A DNA stretch of 64,000 nucleotides from an uncultured Acidobacteriaceae bacterium (GTDB lineage: Bacteria > Acidobacteriota > Terriglobia > Terriglobales > Acidobacteriaceae): the NCBI GenBank assembly GCA_964245715.1, contig CAXTNM010000017.1, positions 2,911 to 66,910 on the forward strand, in the 5' to 3' direction. The translations under genes and the position numbers were made by a program. Under the pieces are notes generated by a model. That model saw nothing but the letters and a program-made list of their open reading frames with translations. It was not told the origin of the DNA and ran no database searches. Of this stretch, positions 9,259 to 19,356 are shown piece after piece. The stretch's first letter is position 1. Every line of letters starts with the position of its first letter.

Positions 9259-10511
9259 ACGCTGGGCTCCTTGGATTCCTCGAAGCCGCTGCCAGAAATC
9301 ATGCTTGAGGCTGCTGGTGGCAGGCCGCGCATGGCTCTGACTTCCGCGACCGAGAGCACGCCGGCGTTGAGCAGCTGGATCTGGATGTTGAGTTCGCCCT
9401 GCTCGTCGCGCGATTCGAGATCGTTGAAGAGGAACTCGAACTCGGGCCAGCCGATGCATTTGCCAAAGAGATCGCGGGTATTGTGTTCGGCGAGCAGCTT
9501 GGCGACCGGCACGATCGCGGACTGGAAGGCCTCGTCGGCGAACTCGCCGGCGGTCGACTGGTTGACGTCGGCCTCCAGGCCAAGCAGCATCGGCGGCAGG
9601 TCGAACGCGTTGCCGATCATGCGGATCAGGAACTCCTGCCATGCAATGCGAAGATCCGCGTCCGTGCCGCCGGCGAAGCGCAGCACTTCGGGCTTCTTTT
9701 CGCAGCTGAGCACGGGCACGCGCCCTGTGCCCTCGATCTCATCCTGCCACCAGCGGATCAGGCGATCATGCTGCTCGGGCGTGGTCTCGTCGAGCCAAAG
9801 CGCATATTGCACGACTGAATTCGAGGCCAGGCGTCCGGCGTAGCGATTAGCGCTGAGGAGCTGACTGATGGACTCGTACGCGACTTCAAGCCGGCCGAGC
9901 CCGAAGGGAGTATAGGTGCGCGGGTTCAGCCGGACGTAGATCAGTTCGGAATCGAGCAGAGGCGTGATCGCTTCGGTGCCCACGCGGCCGGTCTGGAAGC
10001 CATAGCGCGGAGTCTCGGCCTCGCCGTTCCAGCGCGGATCGACCTGGATGGCGGCGCCATCGATCGCCCAGAGTTCGAATGGCTTCGAGGCGTCGCCGGT
10101 CGGCTTCATCTCGACCGCGCCGAAGCCGCCGACGAGCGTGTCTTCGAGCACCTGTTCGAAGAGCGTGCGGAAGCTATCGGAGGTGTTAGGTTGTTCCAGC
10201 GCGGCGCGGAGTGCATCGAGCTTCACCTGGACGTCCTTGATGCCGGCCGGATCGAAACCGCGGCGGACGCGGACCTGCCAGTCCATCGAGGCGATGCGGT
10301 CTTTGACCAGGTTGATCGCGCGCCGGGCGACCGGGGTCTCGGCAAACTTGCGCAGGCTCGCGGCCGAGGGTTTGGAAAGCGCCTGATGGCCCGAGTTTGG
10401 CGCCTGGTACGGACTCAGCACAGCAGGTAACGCCTGCGTCTTCCGGGTGGCGGGTGTGGCCTGGGCTCTGAGAGCGGCCCAGGCATTGTGGATGCGGGTG
10501 GTGAGTGGCAT
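9249..10511 (-). CDS. Phage portal protein (HK97-like, 420 aa)
   Basis: PNTSDSFRTLFEQVLEDTLVGG, PFGLGRLE, IGNAFDLPPMLLG and GVLSVAEVRAMRGLPP portal motifs; GGAGG RBS before MPLTT at 10511. Confidence 0.9.
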   Translation of the reverse strand: MPLTTRIHNAWAALRAQATPATRKTQALPAVLSPYQAPNSGHQALSKPSAASLRKFAETPVARRAINLVKDRIASMDWQVRVRRGFDPAGIKDVQVKLDALRAALEQPNTSDSFRTLFEQVLEDTLVGGFGAVEMKPTGDASKPFELWAIDGAAIQVDPRWNGEAETPRYGFQTGRVGTEAITPLLDSELIYVRLNPRTYTPFGLGRLEVAYESISQLLSANRYAGRLASNSVVQYALWLDETTPEQHDRLIRWWQDEIEGTGRVPVLSCEKKPEVLRFAGGTDADLRIAWQEFLIRMIGNAFDLPPMLLGLEADVNQSTAGEFADEAFQSAIVPVAKLLAEHNTRDLFGKCIGWPEFEFLFNDLESRDEQGELNIQIQLLNAGVLSVAEVRAMRGLPPAASSMISGSGFEESKEPSVCS

Positions 10512-10529
10512 AAGGGTGGACCTCCGTGC

Positions 10530-10563
10530 AAAGGTGAAGGGCACAGCCTGTGGCTGTGCCCTT
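10530..10563 (-). terminator. Stem-loop in the portal leader
   Basis: Minus strand AAGGGCACAGCC-aca-GGCTGTGCCCTT (12-bp stem), then cacctttgc and the RBS. Confidence 0.5.
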
Positions 10564-10586
10564 TTGGAAAGAAATCTAAGAGATTG

Positions 10587-10725
10587 GTCCTGCCGGACGG
10601 GCGCCCTTGTCGCGAGCGCCACTTCGTGGGTGTTGGGCTTCGCGATCTCCTTCCAGCGATGGACACGGGCGTGGCGCCGACCCGCGGGAGGACCCTGACG
10701 ACGCTTCCGGGGTACGCAGTACCGC
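10587..10725. repeat. REP-like composite repeat, copy 2
   Basis: GTCCTGCCGGACGGGCGC (10587-10604) is identical to 12569-12586. Inverted GGTCCTCCCGCgGGTCG at 10678-10694 and inverted GCGGTACTGCG at 10715-10725. Confidence 0.75.
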
Positions 10726-10741
10726 GGTCAGGGAGCCTGAG

Positions 10742-11611
10742 TTACAGCCCTAAATCCTGACGTACGATCGCAGCCGAGCGGACGAGATCGTTCATGGTGA
10801 GGACGTTGATTCCCTGCTGCTCCATCGTCTCTTTGCCGAAGTCGTAGCGTTCCCAGAGTTCGCCTTCGGCTGCAGCGATGGCATTGCGGGGTTCAACGAT
10901 GGCCGTGAGTTCGAGTGAGGCATGTTCGACCCGGGTCACGCCGGCGTGAAGTTGAGGTGCCATGAAGGCAAGCACCTTGGCGCTTTCGAGATCGCCCTCG
11001 AGCGAGACCGCCTGGAAGACGCGCAGGGCGTTACCGACCTTTGGGTCTTTGCGGTAGCCGCAGTCGAGCTTGAGCGGGTCGCCCTTGCGGGTGTAGCGCT
11101 CTGCGGGAATGCGTTTGTTCATGAGCTGCCAGACGCCGGCGCGCTCGAAGTGGGTGCGCATGGCGGCCTGGATGGCGGGTCGCCCGGTGCTCTTGCGGCT
11201 TTGTTTCAGCGGCGCAGCCTGCGCCATCGGTTCGACGTAGAGACGCATCAGCTGTTCGAGCTCGGTGGTGAGGTTTTCAGCGAGCGCGGCGCGCGGTTCG
11301 GTCATCTGCACGGAATTCGAAAGTGACGCCTCGAGCACGGCCAGCAGCGAGGCAGGTTCGCGCTCGGTGGGACCAGCCGTCAGACGCCGGGAGATCTCCT
11401 GCTCGAGATCTTCGAGCAGCGAGACATCGGCAGAGGCGTCCATGCAGCGGACGCGCGTCCAGTCGCGGGTAAAGCGGACCTGGATGGATGGGCTCGCGTG
11501 GGGGGTCTCGTGCGCCTCGCGCAGGAGCACGCCGATGTTGACGAACTCGCCCTTGACGATGTCCGGAACATAGCGCACCAGGAAGAACTCGCATGGAACT
11601 CGGGGCTGCAT
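10742..11611 (-). CDS. DUF3037 domain protein (usual partner of HipA-like kinases)
   Basis: FFLVRYVPDIVKGEFVNIGVLL N-terminal signature; AAAGGAG RBS before MQPRVP at 11611. Confidence 0.85.
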   Translation of the reverse strand: MQPRVPCEFFLVRYVPDIVKGEFVNIGVLLREAHETPHASPSIQVRFTRDWTRVRCMDASADVSLLEDLEQEISRRLTAGPTEREPASLLAVLEASLSNSVQMTEPRAALAENLTTELEQLMRLYVEPMAQAAPLKQSRKSTGRPAIQAAMRTHFERAGVWQLMNKRIPAERYTRKGDPLKLDCGYRKDPKVGNALRVFQAVSLEGDLESAKVLAFMAPQLHAGVTRVEHASLELTAIVEPRNAIAAAEGELWERYDFGKETMEQQGINVLTMNDLVRSAAIVRQDLGL

Positions 11612-11679
11612 GGAGCTCTCCTTTCGTGTATTGACTGCTTCATCGACCAGAGTACGCCTGCGCGTCGGCGCGGCGCGGT

Positions 11680-12547
11680 TTACATGACGAACTTCGGGGT
11701 AACTTCGAGCACCTGAAATGATGACGGCACCGTGACGAGCGCAGGTTTGTTCCAATGCGGGAATGGTTCGCGGGTAGAGTTCTTGAAGGCTGTGATGAGG
11801 TCCCTTACTTTGCTGCGGCGATCGAGCAGCTGTTCCATCAATCGCTCGATGGTGGTGAGATCGCCCCCGTACCAGACGGGCGGGACGGCCTCGGCGATGG
11901 CCCAGAGCTGGTTGGCGTCCAGGGTCTCGAGGCGGCTGAGCCAGGGTTCAAACGACTGCCACCCCTGGATGCGGGCGTAGACGCTCGAGCGCGGGTAGAC
12001 GCCCCGCAGCGGAGAATCGGGGAAATCCCAGTCGCCGGCGTTGAAACAGAAGCCCTGGTCGATGAAGACTGCGCGATACTTGCGTTCGCGTTGTCTGCGT
12101 TCGAAGACCGCTTGCCGGCCGTTGCAGTTGCCTGTCCATTTGTCGAGCGCGAGCATGCCGGCGAATTCTGCGTGGTTGCGCAGGTCGTCGAGTTGCGGCT
12201 CGGGCAGGAAGTCGACGACCTGTCCGGGCATGAGGCCGCCCAACGAAGGCGCTGCCGAAGTGCAGACCGCCCGTGCAGCGCTCCTGGCGTCCTCTTCCGA
12301 GATCGACGAACAAATCTGCCGTGTGGGTGGCGAGCCAGTCGGTGACTTCGATCACGTCGGACGCCGGGACGCTCAGGCCGAGCGCCTCGGCCAGTCGCGT
12401 GACGATAAGTTCGTTGGCGAGCACGCGCAGGTGCTGCGGATTGTTCTGGAACTTGACGACCCAAAGCCGCGAGTCGGCGCCGAGCATGAGCTGGCTCTGG
12501 GCGCCGCCGCGCATCCTTCGGATTGCCTGGACGGCGAGTACGGCCAT
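11680..12547 (-). pseudogene. HipA-like (HipA_2) Ser/Thr kinase interrupted by a one-base frameshift
   Basis: N-half (MAVLAVQAIRRMRGGAQ, VVKFQNN, LANE) and C-half (LDKWTGNCNGRQ, FIDQG) lie in different frames. They join at GTTGGGCGGC (~12237-12245), where removing one G restores FVGGLMPG; 868 nt = 289 codons + 1. Could be a sequencing error. Confidence 0.8.
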
Positions 12548-12568
12548 GTAGACAACCATACAGACTCT

Positions 12569-12675
12569 GTCCTGCCGGACGGGCGCGCCCTGACGCGAGG
12601 CCGGCGGTACCGCGGGCGGAGGAAGCTTCGCCAGGGTCCTCCCGCTGGTCGTCACGAAGCCCCCGCAGCACGCGA
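12569..12675. repeat. REP-like composite repeat, copy 3
   Basis: GTCCTGCCGGACGGGCGC (12569-12586), GCGGTACCGCG (12604-12614) and GGTCCTCCCGCTGGTCG (12635-12651). Confidence 0.75.
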
Positions 12676-12685
12676 TGAGGGCGCA

Positions 12686-14152
12686 TCATCGCTTCCCCTC
12701 GTTTCTGACGGCATGTGCGACGGCCATGGCCATCAGGCAGTCGTCGTGTGCGCCGGGCGCGGCGCCCGAGCCGCCGTTGTCGAACGAGACGAAGCTGCGG
12801 CACTCGGTGAGCAGGCGCCGCGAGTAGAAGAGCTCCGCATCGTCTTCAAGCAGGGCGCCGATGCGGCTGATCATGGCGGGTTTGTTGCCCGCCGTGGTGA
12901 GCCATCCGGCGACACCCTGCCGTGCGTACACGCGCTCATAGCGCTCGGTGGCGTCGAGATACGCGAGCACCGCGGCGCCATGGTTGTTGCGCTCGACGGC
13001 GATGATCGCCTGGTTGTACTCGCGTGCAAGCTGCGCGCCGATGCGTGCGAGTTCGAGCGGCGCGAGGCGTTCGCGGAGTTCAGCGCACTGCAGCCCGGTT
13101 TCGCGGTCGAGGACCTGAATCGCGGCATAGTCGCCGTCGGGTCCGCCGCCTGCGGTATCGACGCCCAGCAGGTACTCGCGCAGCGGCTGGGGTGAAAACC
13201 AGATCTGCAGCGCGCCGCCGCGCCGGGTGGCGAGCGGCTCCCGCAGATGAGCGAGGCGACGTTCGATTGGCTCCGGTGGAAAGCAGCAGTCGCCCGATGC
13301 CCGGAAGCAGCTCTCGGGATCTTCGGCGAACTCCTGCGCGCGCAGGCCGCGGAAGTTGCGTTCCAGCTCGCGGCGAAAGCCAATCTGCTCCGGTGTGAGA
13401 GTGTGCCGGAAGGCGAGTTCAAGTTCCTGTGGCGTGAGCTCGCGTGGCGCCGCGCTGGCATACGCAGGTTCGAGCCACCAGGGATAAAAGTGCTGAATCA
13501 GGCCGGTCTCCGCGGCGTGCGTCCACTCTTCGAAGAAGGCGCCGTAAGCTCCGCTGGGCGTGCTTTCGAGCGTCATCTCGCCGCCGGGAGCGAGTGCGGC
13601 GCGCAGACCGGCCAGGGTGGCCTGCGCGTCGCCAGGCCAGCGGGCTACCTCGCTGAGATGAAGATTCTGGATCGTAAGTCCGCGGCCGGCGTTATCCTCG
13701 CCTGCACTGATGACGCGGAACTCGCTGTCGAGTGCGCGAAAGACCATGCGGTTGGCGCTTGATCGCGAGAGTTTAAGAGCATCCTTTCGTAGATGATCGG
13801 GCAGGTTGTGCCAAAGCCGCTGCACGATGGCAAAGAGACCTTCGGAGGCCTCGCGGGTGTGCGCGCAGAGCACCGTGAGTGAGCCCGGGATGGTAATGGT
13901 CTTGAGGAAAAAACGCGAGGCGATCCAGGTGGTGATGCCCATCTGCCTGGCCTTGAGGACGATGTTTTTCTGGCTGCGATTCTCTTCGAAGCGGAGCTGG
14001 ACGGGATTGGCTTTGAGGTGGTGGGTCTGGCCGTTGCGGTCGCGGATCAGCAGCAGGTCGCGAGCCATCCAGACAGCGGGAGGCTCTCCTGCGTCGTTAG
14101 GCTCGTTGGCTTTAAGCAGCTTGCCGTACCGCAGCAGATCGGATGCAGTCAT
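12686..14152 (-). CDS. Terminase large subunit
   Basis: Walker A variant LKARQMGITT, Walker B LHLSE, motif III ESTP, and RNase H-like nuclease residues GVDTAGG and HDDCLMA. Confidence 0.92.
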   Translation of the reverse strand: MTASDLLRYGKLLKANEPNDAGEPPAVWMARDLLLIRDRNGQTHHLKANPVQLRFEENRSQKNIVLKARQMGITTWIASRFFLKTITIPGSLTVLCAHTREASEGLFAIVQRLWHNLPDHLRKDALKLSRSSANRMVFRALDSEFRVISAGEDNAGRGLTIQNLHLSEVARWPGDAQATLAGLRAALAPGGEMTLESTPSGAYGAFFEEWTHAAETGLIQHFYPWWLEPAYASAAPRELTPQELELAFRHTLTPEQIGFRRELERNFRGLRAQEFAEDPESCFRASGDCCFPPEPIERRLAHLREPLATRRGGALQIWFSPQPLREYLLGVDTAGGGPDGDYAAIQVLDRETGLQCAELRERLAPLELARIGAQLAREYNQAIIAVERNNHGAAVLAYLDATERYERVYARQGVAGWLTTAGNKPAMISRIGALLEDDAELFYSRRLLTECRSFVSFDNGGSGAAPGAHDDCLMAMAVAHAVRNEGKR

Positions 14153-14185
14153 GCGCGGCTCCGTGTTTGGGTGGGAGGGTGGTGG

Positions 14186-14222
14186 AAGGCAAAGGCGGAA
14201 CGCCGAGGAGGCGTTCCGCCTT
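14186..14222 (-). terminator. Stem-loop plus TTTGCCTT tail upstream of terminase
   Basis: Minus strand GGCGGAACGCC-tcctc-GGCGTTCCGCC-TTTGCCTT; perfect 11-bp stem. Confidence 0.6.
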
Positions 14223-14246
14223 GCGTCGGATCAGGCCTGAGGGGTT

Positions 14247-17200
14247 CTAGAACTCCCAGTGCCAGCCGGAGGTCGTCTTCGGGTTGGGAACCAGGCGGAG
14301 CGTCAGCGTGGCGTTGGCCGGGATGGTAACGGCTGTGCTGCTACCGTTGACCGGGTGGGCGGAAGAATCGGCCGTGACGGTGATCGCGTAGGTGGACTGC
14401 GCGTTGTTGAAGCGGAAGGTGCTGCCGCTCGCTCCGGTGCAGTCGGGCAGCGTGATGTTGCCGCCGGCTGCAAGCGCACCAAGGTCGAGATAACCGTCCG
14501 CACATGCCATGGTGAAGCCGCTGAGTGTGGTCAGGACGTGCGGGTTCGATTCGTTGTAACCGAAGTACCAGTTCAGGCCGTTCGAGACGGCGGTTCCCAT
14601 CAGCTGGTTGCCCAGGGTAGTTGGGTGGATGTGGTCGACGGCCTGAAAGTAGGTGGTGTTGTTGTAGGCGCCATCCGCACCCAGCAGCGGGTTGGCGGCA
14701 ACGTCGAGAACGCCGGCAAAGCCAGCAGACTTGGCCTGCTGCAGGATCAACGCGTTGTAGGTGTCCTTCAGGGCATCCATGGTCTGGCTGCCGTAGCCAT
14801 TGGCGGTGCGCGAGATCATCGTATTGACGAACGGCGTGCACCCTGCCTTGCGCATCAGCGCGGCCCATGCGGCGGCCGAGCTCCAGACTGCCTGGGGCGA
14901 GAGCGGATTGATCGACGCCAGGTCGTTGGTGCCGGCTTCGAGGATCGCGACCGCCGGACCAGCCTGCGTGCTACAGAGCGGTGCTGCACGGTTCGCCTCG
15001 TGCGACAAGATGGTCGCGAGCCGAATGCCGATGATGCCTTCGTTTGAGATCACATACGACGGCTGGTTGGTCAGGTTGAGCTGCGCGGTGTAGGGCGTCT
15101 GGCTGTTGGTCGCCGCGGTAATTGAGTCGCCGATCGCAAGCAGTTGCGGCTGCGCGAGCGAGACCGGCAAGGGCGACGTGGGTACTCCCTTGGCCGCGGC
15201 GAGCGCGAAGAAGGCGCTGACATTCTGTTGAATCTGCGCAAGCGTGTGCTGGGTGGAGCTTGCGCCGAAGCCGTAGAACGTGCCCGGGAAGAATCCATTG
15301 CTCCACGGCGAGATGCCTGATGAGCCAAGATAGAGGTTCCCCGAAGTCTGCGCGCCGCAGTTCGAAGCCTCTGTGCTGTAGCTGACTTCTACGCCGTCGA
15401 CATAGAGGTGATCCAGGTTGCCGCTGCCCGTGCCGCAGACGACGGTGAGAACCTCAAAGCCTGAGAGGGTGTTGAGCGAGGCGGTCGAGAGCGCATTGGG
15501 GTAGATGGTGGTGGTGTAGGTATGGTCCGATTGCCCGGAGGAGATCTCGCCCGGAAGCTGCAGGATGACGTTGAAGCCCGCGCCTCCCGTGCTGCTCGAC
15601 ATCAACGTCGGATAGACGTTGCTGATCTGAGCGCCAGAGGTGATCGGATTGAGATAGACCGCGTAGTAGAAGGTCTTCTCGCCATTCAGCGCGGCAGGCA
15701 GCGCGACGTTCGAGCCCGCGGTGAAGGCAAGCCCGTTGCCGGTCCAGGTTGGCAGGGTCGACCCACCGAGCGTGCCATTGTTCGTGCCGATACGGTCGGA
15801 GACAGTGGTGCCGGACTGGTTGGTAAAGTCGTACAGCGTATCGAACGTGGTGAAGGAGCTGCCACGAGCCGCGCCGATGACGCCTAACCCAGTGTTGGCC
15901 GTGAAGGCGGAGACCGGCTGCGCCGAGGCAGTGCCAAGTACGGCCGAGGTCTGACCAGTTGCGAGTTGAACCGCGCCGAGTGAGCTGGAGGTGGCGGCGA
16001 CCGTGGGCCCAGACGGGCCTGCAGCGCCTGTTGCGCCCGTTGTACCTGCCGGCCCGGTTGCGCCTGCTATCCCAGCCGCGCCTGCGATCCCAGCCGCCCC
16101 TGTAGCTCCTGTAGCGCCCGCAGGTCCTTGTACACCTGCTGCGCCGGAGACGCCGGCAGCTCCTGCTAGGCCGGTCGCCCCGGTTGCCCCTGTGGGTCCG
16201 GCTATGCCGGCAGCCCCTGCTACGCCGGTCGCTCCTGCTGTGCCCGTGGCACCGGTGGCTCCGGCTGTGCCGGCTGGTCCCTGTGCTCCTGCCGGTCCGG
16301 TTGCCCCTGCGGGGCCTTGTGGCCCGGTCGCTCCGCCGGCGCCTGCGATCCAGGTTCCGTCTTCACGCAGAAAGCGGGTCGTGCCTGCGGTTGGGCCCGG
16401 ATCTGGCACAGCGCCGCTCGCGTGGCCGGCGCCTGAGCCCGCGAAGATGGGCAGGCTGGCGGGCGTGATGGAACCCGCGAAGGAGCCAGTGAACGCGCCA
16501 TGGACCGTGGTTGCGTTGATGGTCGAGACGTTGATGGTGCCTGCGGTAAATCCTGTCGGCGTGAACTGGTACAGTCCGCCGCGCAGGTTGAAGCTCAGAT
16601 TGCTGGTGGCGGGCGAGTAGTTGATGGTGTCAAGGCCTGCGCTGTTATCCAGCTCGAAGAGGTTATAGGCGGAGTTCCAGGTATTGCAACCATGCGAGTT
16701 GCAGTGCACCTCGACCGCGGCGTCTTCGCCTGCTTCAAGCTCGAGCGAGTGATACCAGACGCCTGCGACGCTCAGGCCCACGCTGGGCGCGCTGTGGGTG
16801 CCGGCGTTGCCGAAATAGTTGGTCACCGGCGTCTCGTTGGCGATCTGGAAGCCGAACAGACCTGGGCCGTTGTTGCCGTAGTAGAAGAGCCCAGGGATGG
16901 TGTTACCGGTAGGACGCGGAGTGTACTGGGTGATCGCTTCCGGGTCGGCGTGCACGTTCTCCTGGAAGTAGTGAGGCTGCTCGACGACATCGTGCAGGGT
17001 CCACGGTACGTTGTTGGCGGCCAACGTCATGGTGCCATCGACCGCATGCGTTGCGGGGTTGTAGACGGTCAGCACCTCGGCCATTGGGTAGAGGTTGTAG
17101 GAACCGGTTGAATAAGAGAGGGTTCCGCCGGTGCTCGTTGAATTAGGACCACTGCTGGGATAGGTGAGGGCGCTGCGTCCGATGGTGGTCACGGGGAAGC

Positions 17201-19316
17201 TGCCGTTGTAGCTGGAGTCGGCAACCCCCGCAATCGCCAGCGTGAGCCCATTGACATCGACGGGAAGATTGCCCGCAATGGTGACGGTCACGACGTTGGC
17301 GTTCCGTACGATCGAGGCGACGACCAGGTTGAGGTTGACGTAGGCGCTGTTCTGGCCCTGCACGCCTACGATCGGGGTAGCTCCGCCGGCATAGAGCAGG
17401 CTGGTTGCGGAAGGAGAGCCGATGACCGGAAACACCTGGCGGATGCCGTTGGTGGTGTCGACCGTCTGCTCAAGACCGTATCCGCACAGACCACCGACTG
17501 CGACGGTTGCGCCGCTGCCGTGCGGGCGGTTGAGTGTGAGCTGGATGTGTGTAGCGTCGACAACCATATACGCAGCAGTCTCGAAGTTGAGAGCGCGACC
17601 GTCGCCTACCGCAACATCGGAGACGCAGGCTACGCCGTTCGTCGCCGGCAGGGCTGCCGTATTGGTGGCGAAGCCTGTCGGCACACCCGAGGTGACGAGA
17701 GGAACGGTGACGACTCCTGGAGCCATGTTGTTCGCCTGGCTGGGGATAGTTTGGTTGGTCTCGAGGAAGGTGCTAAGCGGAAAGCTGGTCCCGGTGAAGG
17801 TGGCGAGCGGCTGTCGTCCGCCGCCCGGTACGCTGCCTGCGATCGAGCCGGTGTTAAGAATGTGCGCGGGATTTTTGTCGATCAGATAGCGTCCCTCGCC
17901 CTGGGTGGCCGGACTTGCGGTTGCGGCGATCTGCAGCGAGGTGGCTCCGGTGGAGCAACCGGCGGAGCAGGTTCCCTGAAAGACGCGCGAGTCCTCGGAG
18001 TACGCGAGGTCGAACGGGTGAGCGCCTTCATCGGCATCGTCGCGGAAGCCCCCCGAAGCAAGCATCTCGAGGCTTCCCATCAGGCAGTCGCCTACACCGA
18101 AGCAGTTTTGCGTCTCAGGAACGAGGACGTGCTGCCCGGGTGTATTGGAAGTTCCGGTAAGGTTCAGGGCGCTGTAGGTTGTCTTGAAGTAGGGCACCGT
18201 GCCCTGGACGTGCGAGGGAAAGGTGTTGTTGCCACCGGCCAGTCCTTCCTGGCTGATTGCCAGCCCGGTAGAGTAGATGACGCTCTGGCCGGTTGCCGCG
18301 AGAATACTGGGAGCGGACTGGGTGGACTGGACGTCGATCGACGCGCCGTTGTTCTGGCTGCCCTGTGTATTGATGGGGTTGAAGAAGGTGTCCTTGCGGC
18401 CTCCACCGCGCTCATCGACGATGTGCGTCTGGTTGTTCCAGGTCGCGGCGGCGAGCGTCTCGGTAGACGGGTAAGTCTGTTCCGCGACGACCTCGCAGCC
18501 TGACACACAGTTGGAGCTCGCAGTCGCATTGGCGATGCCGTTGTTGCCGAGGCCGCTCACGAAGTCGGCGGCATACTGCACGCTGTTGAGTGTGTTGACG
18601 GCCAGTTGAGTGCCGGAGGGTTGCGTGACCGTCTGCGTGGCGGTGGGCGTTGTGCTCACCTTTTGACCGACACCCGCAGTAACGCCGGCGATCTGCTCGC
18701 TGACGTAGTTCATATCGGCCGCCTGCAACGGTGAGGTCGGGTCGCCCGGAAGAGTCAGCGCACCCGTCATGGTGTCACCCGCCTTGAGCACATAAGGCGT
18801 GCTGTCGAGCGGCGTTCCCGTGGCTGCGACCGCAATCGCAGTGTCGACGTAAGCCTTCGAGACCGTCTGCATGGCCACACTGGTGGGCAGCACGGACGTG
18901 CTGATGGCGGAGACCTGCACCGGATAGGAGCTTACGGGGACAACCCAGTAGGAGCGGGTCTGGGTGCCGTCGTTCAGGTGAAAGACGACGGTGTAGTAGC
19001 TGCCCATCGGCGTCGAACCGGAGTTCGAGACCAGCGGCACACTGAGCAGGCCGCCGGAGCCGATGGTGGCCGACATGGAGCCGGCGACGATGGTTCGGCC
19101 CGTAGCCGTAGTGAACGCGGGCCAGCTGATGAGCACAGTCCCGCCGGCTGCGGTACCATCGGCACGATAGACGGCATCCTGTACTGTCGTCGTGGGGATG
19201 GGGGAGATGGGTGTGGTCTGGGCGAAGGCATAGGCCGCGCTCATGCAGAGCGAACCGAGCATGAGGAAGGCAGCCATACAGATTTCAGCCAGTCTCCAAT
19301 GATTTCGAGATTTCAT
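14247..19316 (-). CDS. 1689-aa modular tail-fibre-like protein: signal peptide, beta-rich repeats, collagen-like stalk, lectin-like region, SGNH esterase
   Basis: GGGAG RBS before MKSRNHWRL; hydrophobic segment ending AYAFA-Q; 37 Gly-X-Y triplets; SGNH blocks IGDSIT, EAGTNDL and DHIHP near the C-terminus. Confidence 0.75.
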   Translation of the reverse strand: MKSRNHWRLAEICMAAFLMLGSLCMSAAYAFAQTTPISPIPTTTVQDAVYRADGTAAGGTVLISWPAFTTATGRTIVAGSMSATIGSGGLLSVPLVSNSGSTPMGSYYTVVFHLNDGTQTRSYWVVPVSSYPVQVSAISTSVLPTSVAMQTVSKAYVDTAIAVAATGTPLDSTPYVLKAGDTMTGALTLPGDPTSPLQAADMNYVSEQIAGVTAGVGQKVSTTPTATQTVTQPSGTQLAVNTLNSVQYAADFVSGLGNNGIANATASSNCVSGCEVVAEQTYPSTETLAAATWNNQTHIVDERGGGRKDTFFNPINTQGSQNNGASIDVQSTQSAPSILAATGQSVIYSTGLAISQEGLAGGNNTFPSHVQGTVPYFKTTYSALNLTGTSNTPGQHVLVPETQNCFGVGDCLMGSLEMLASGGFRDDADEGAHPFDLAYSEDSRVFQGTCSAGCSTGATSLQIAATASPATQGEGRYLIDKNPAHILNTGSIAGSVPGGGRQPLATFTGTSFPLSTFLETNQTIPSQANNMAPGVVTVPLVTSGVPTGFATNTAALPATNGVACVSDVAVGDGRALNFETAAYMVVDATHIQLTLNRPHGSGATVAVGGLCGYGLEQTVDTTNGIRQVFPVIGSPSATSLLYAGGATPIVGVQGQNSAYVNLNLVVASIVRNANVVTVTIAGNLPVDVNGLTLAIAGVADSSYNGSFPVTTIGRSALTYPSSGPNSTSTGGTLSYSTGSYNLYPMAEVLTVYNPATHAVDGTMTLAANNVPWTLHDVVEQPHYFQENVHADPEAITQYTPRPTGNTIPGLFYYGNNGPGLFGFQIANETPVTNYFGNAGTHSAPSVGLSVAGVWYHSLELEAGEDAAVEVHCNSHGCNTWNSAYNLFELDNSAGLDTINYSPATSNLSFNLRGGLYQFTPTGFTAGTINVSTINATTVHGAFTGSFAGSITPASLPIFAGSGAGHASGAVPDPGPTAGTTRFLREDGTWIAGAGGATGPQGPAGATGPAGAQGPAGTAGATGATGTAGATGVAGAAGIAGPTGATGATGLAGAAGVSGAAGVQGPAGATGATGAAGIAGAAGIAGATGPAGTTGATGAAGPSGPTVAATSSSLGAVQLATGQTSAVLGTASAQPVSAFTANTGLGVIGAARGSSFTTFDTLYDFTNQSGTTVSDRIGTNNGTLGGSTLPTWTGNGLAFTAGSNVALPAALNGEKTFYYAVYLNPITSGAQISNVYPTLMSSSTGGAGFNVILQLPGEISSGQSDHTYTTTIYPNALSTASLNTLSGFEVLTVVCGTGSGNLDHLYVDGVEVSYSTEASNCGAQTSGNLYLGSSGISPWSNGFFPGTFYGFGASSTQHTLAQIQQNVSAFFALAAAKGVPTSPLPVSLAQPQLLAIGDSITAATNSQTPYTAQLNLTNQPSYVISNEGIIGIRLATILSHEANRAAPLCSTQAGPAVAILEAGTNDLASINPLSPQAVWSSAAAWAALMRKAGCTPFVNTMISRTANGYGSQTMDALKDTYNALILQQAKSAGFAGVLDVAANPLLGADGAYNNTTYFQAVDHIHPTTLGNQLMGTAVSNGLNWYFGYNESNPHVLTTLSGFTMACADGYLDLGALAAGGNITLPDCTGASGSTFRFNNAQSTYAITVTADSSAHPVNGSSTAVTIPANATLTLRLVPNPKTTSGWHWEF
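16002..16334 (-). repeat. Collagen-like (Gly-X-Y)37 coding repeat
   Basis: [12 protein letters not shown] ... GPS GPT; uninterrupted Gly at every third residue. Confidence 0.9.
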
Positions 19317-19356
19317 AGAACTCCCTTCAAGGGTGATTGAGCGTAAAGGCACGGAA

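Noticed and set aside
9259-9642. N-terminal extensions in the ORF track (tail hub to 9642, fibre to 19646, DUF3037 to 11755, PPIase to 41076, cNMP protein to 35763)
   Set aside because: Each overlaps a neighbouring real gene, and a better-supported start lies downstream.
12230-12250. Programmed ribosomal frameshift in the kinase gene
   Set aside because: No X_XXY_YYZ slippery heptamer or evident stimulator; a one-base insertion or sequencing error explains it more simply.
15991-16620. Plus-strand 209-aa Pro/Ala-rich ORF
   Set aside because: Antisense shadow of the Gly-X-Y repeat in the fibre gene.
14247-19316. Diversity-generating retroelement target in the fibre gene
   Set aside because: No reverse transcriptase and no template/variable repeat pair seen in the window.
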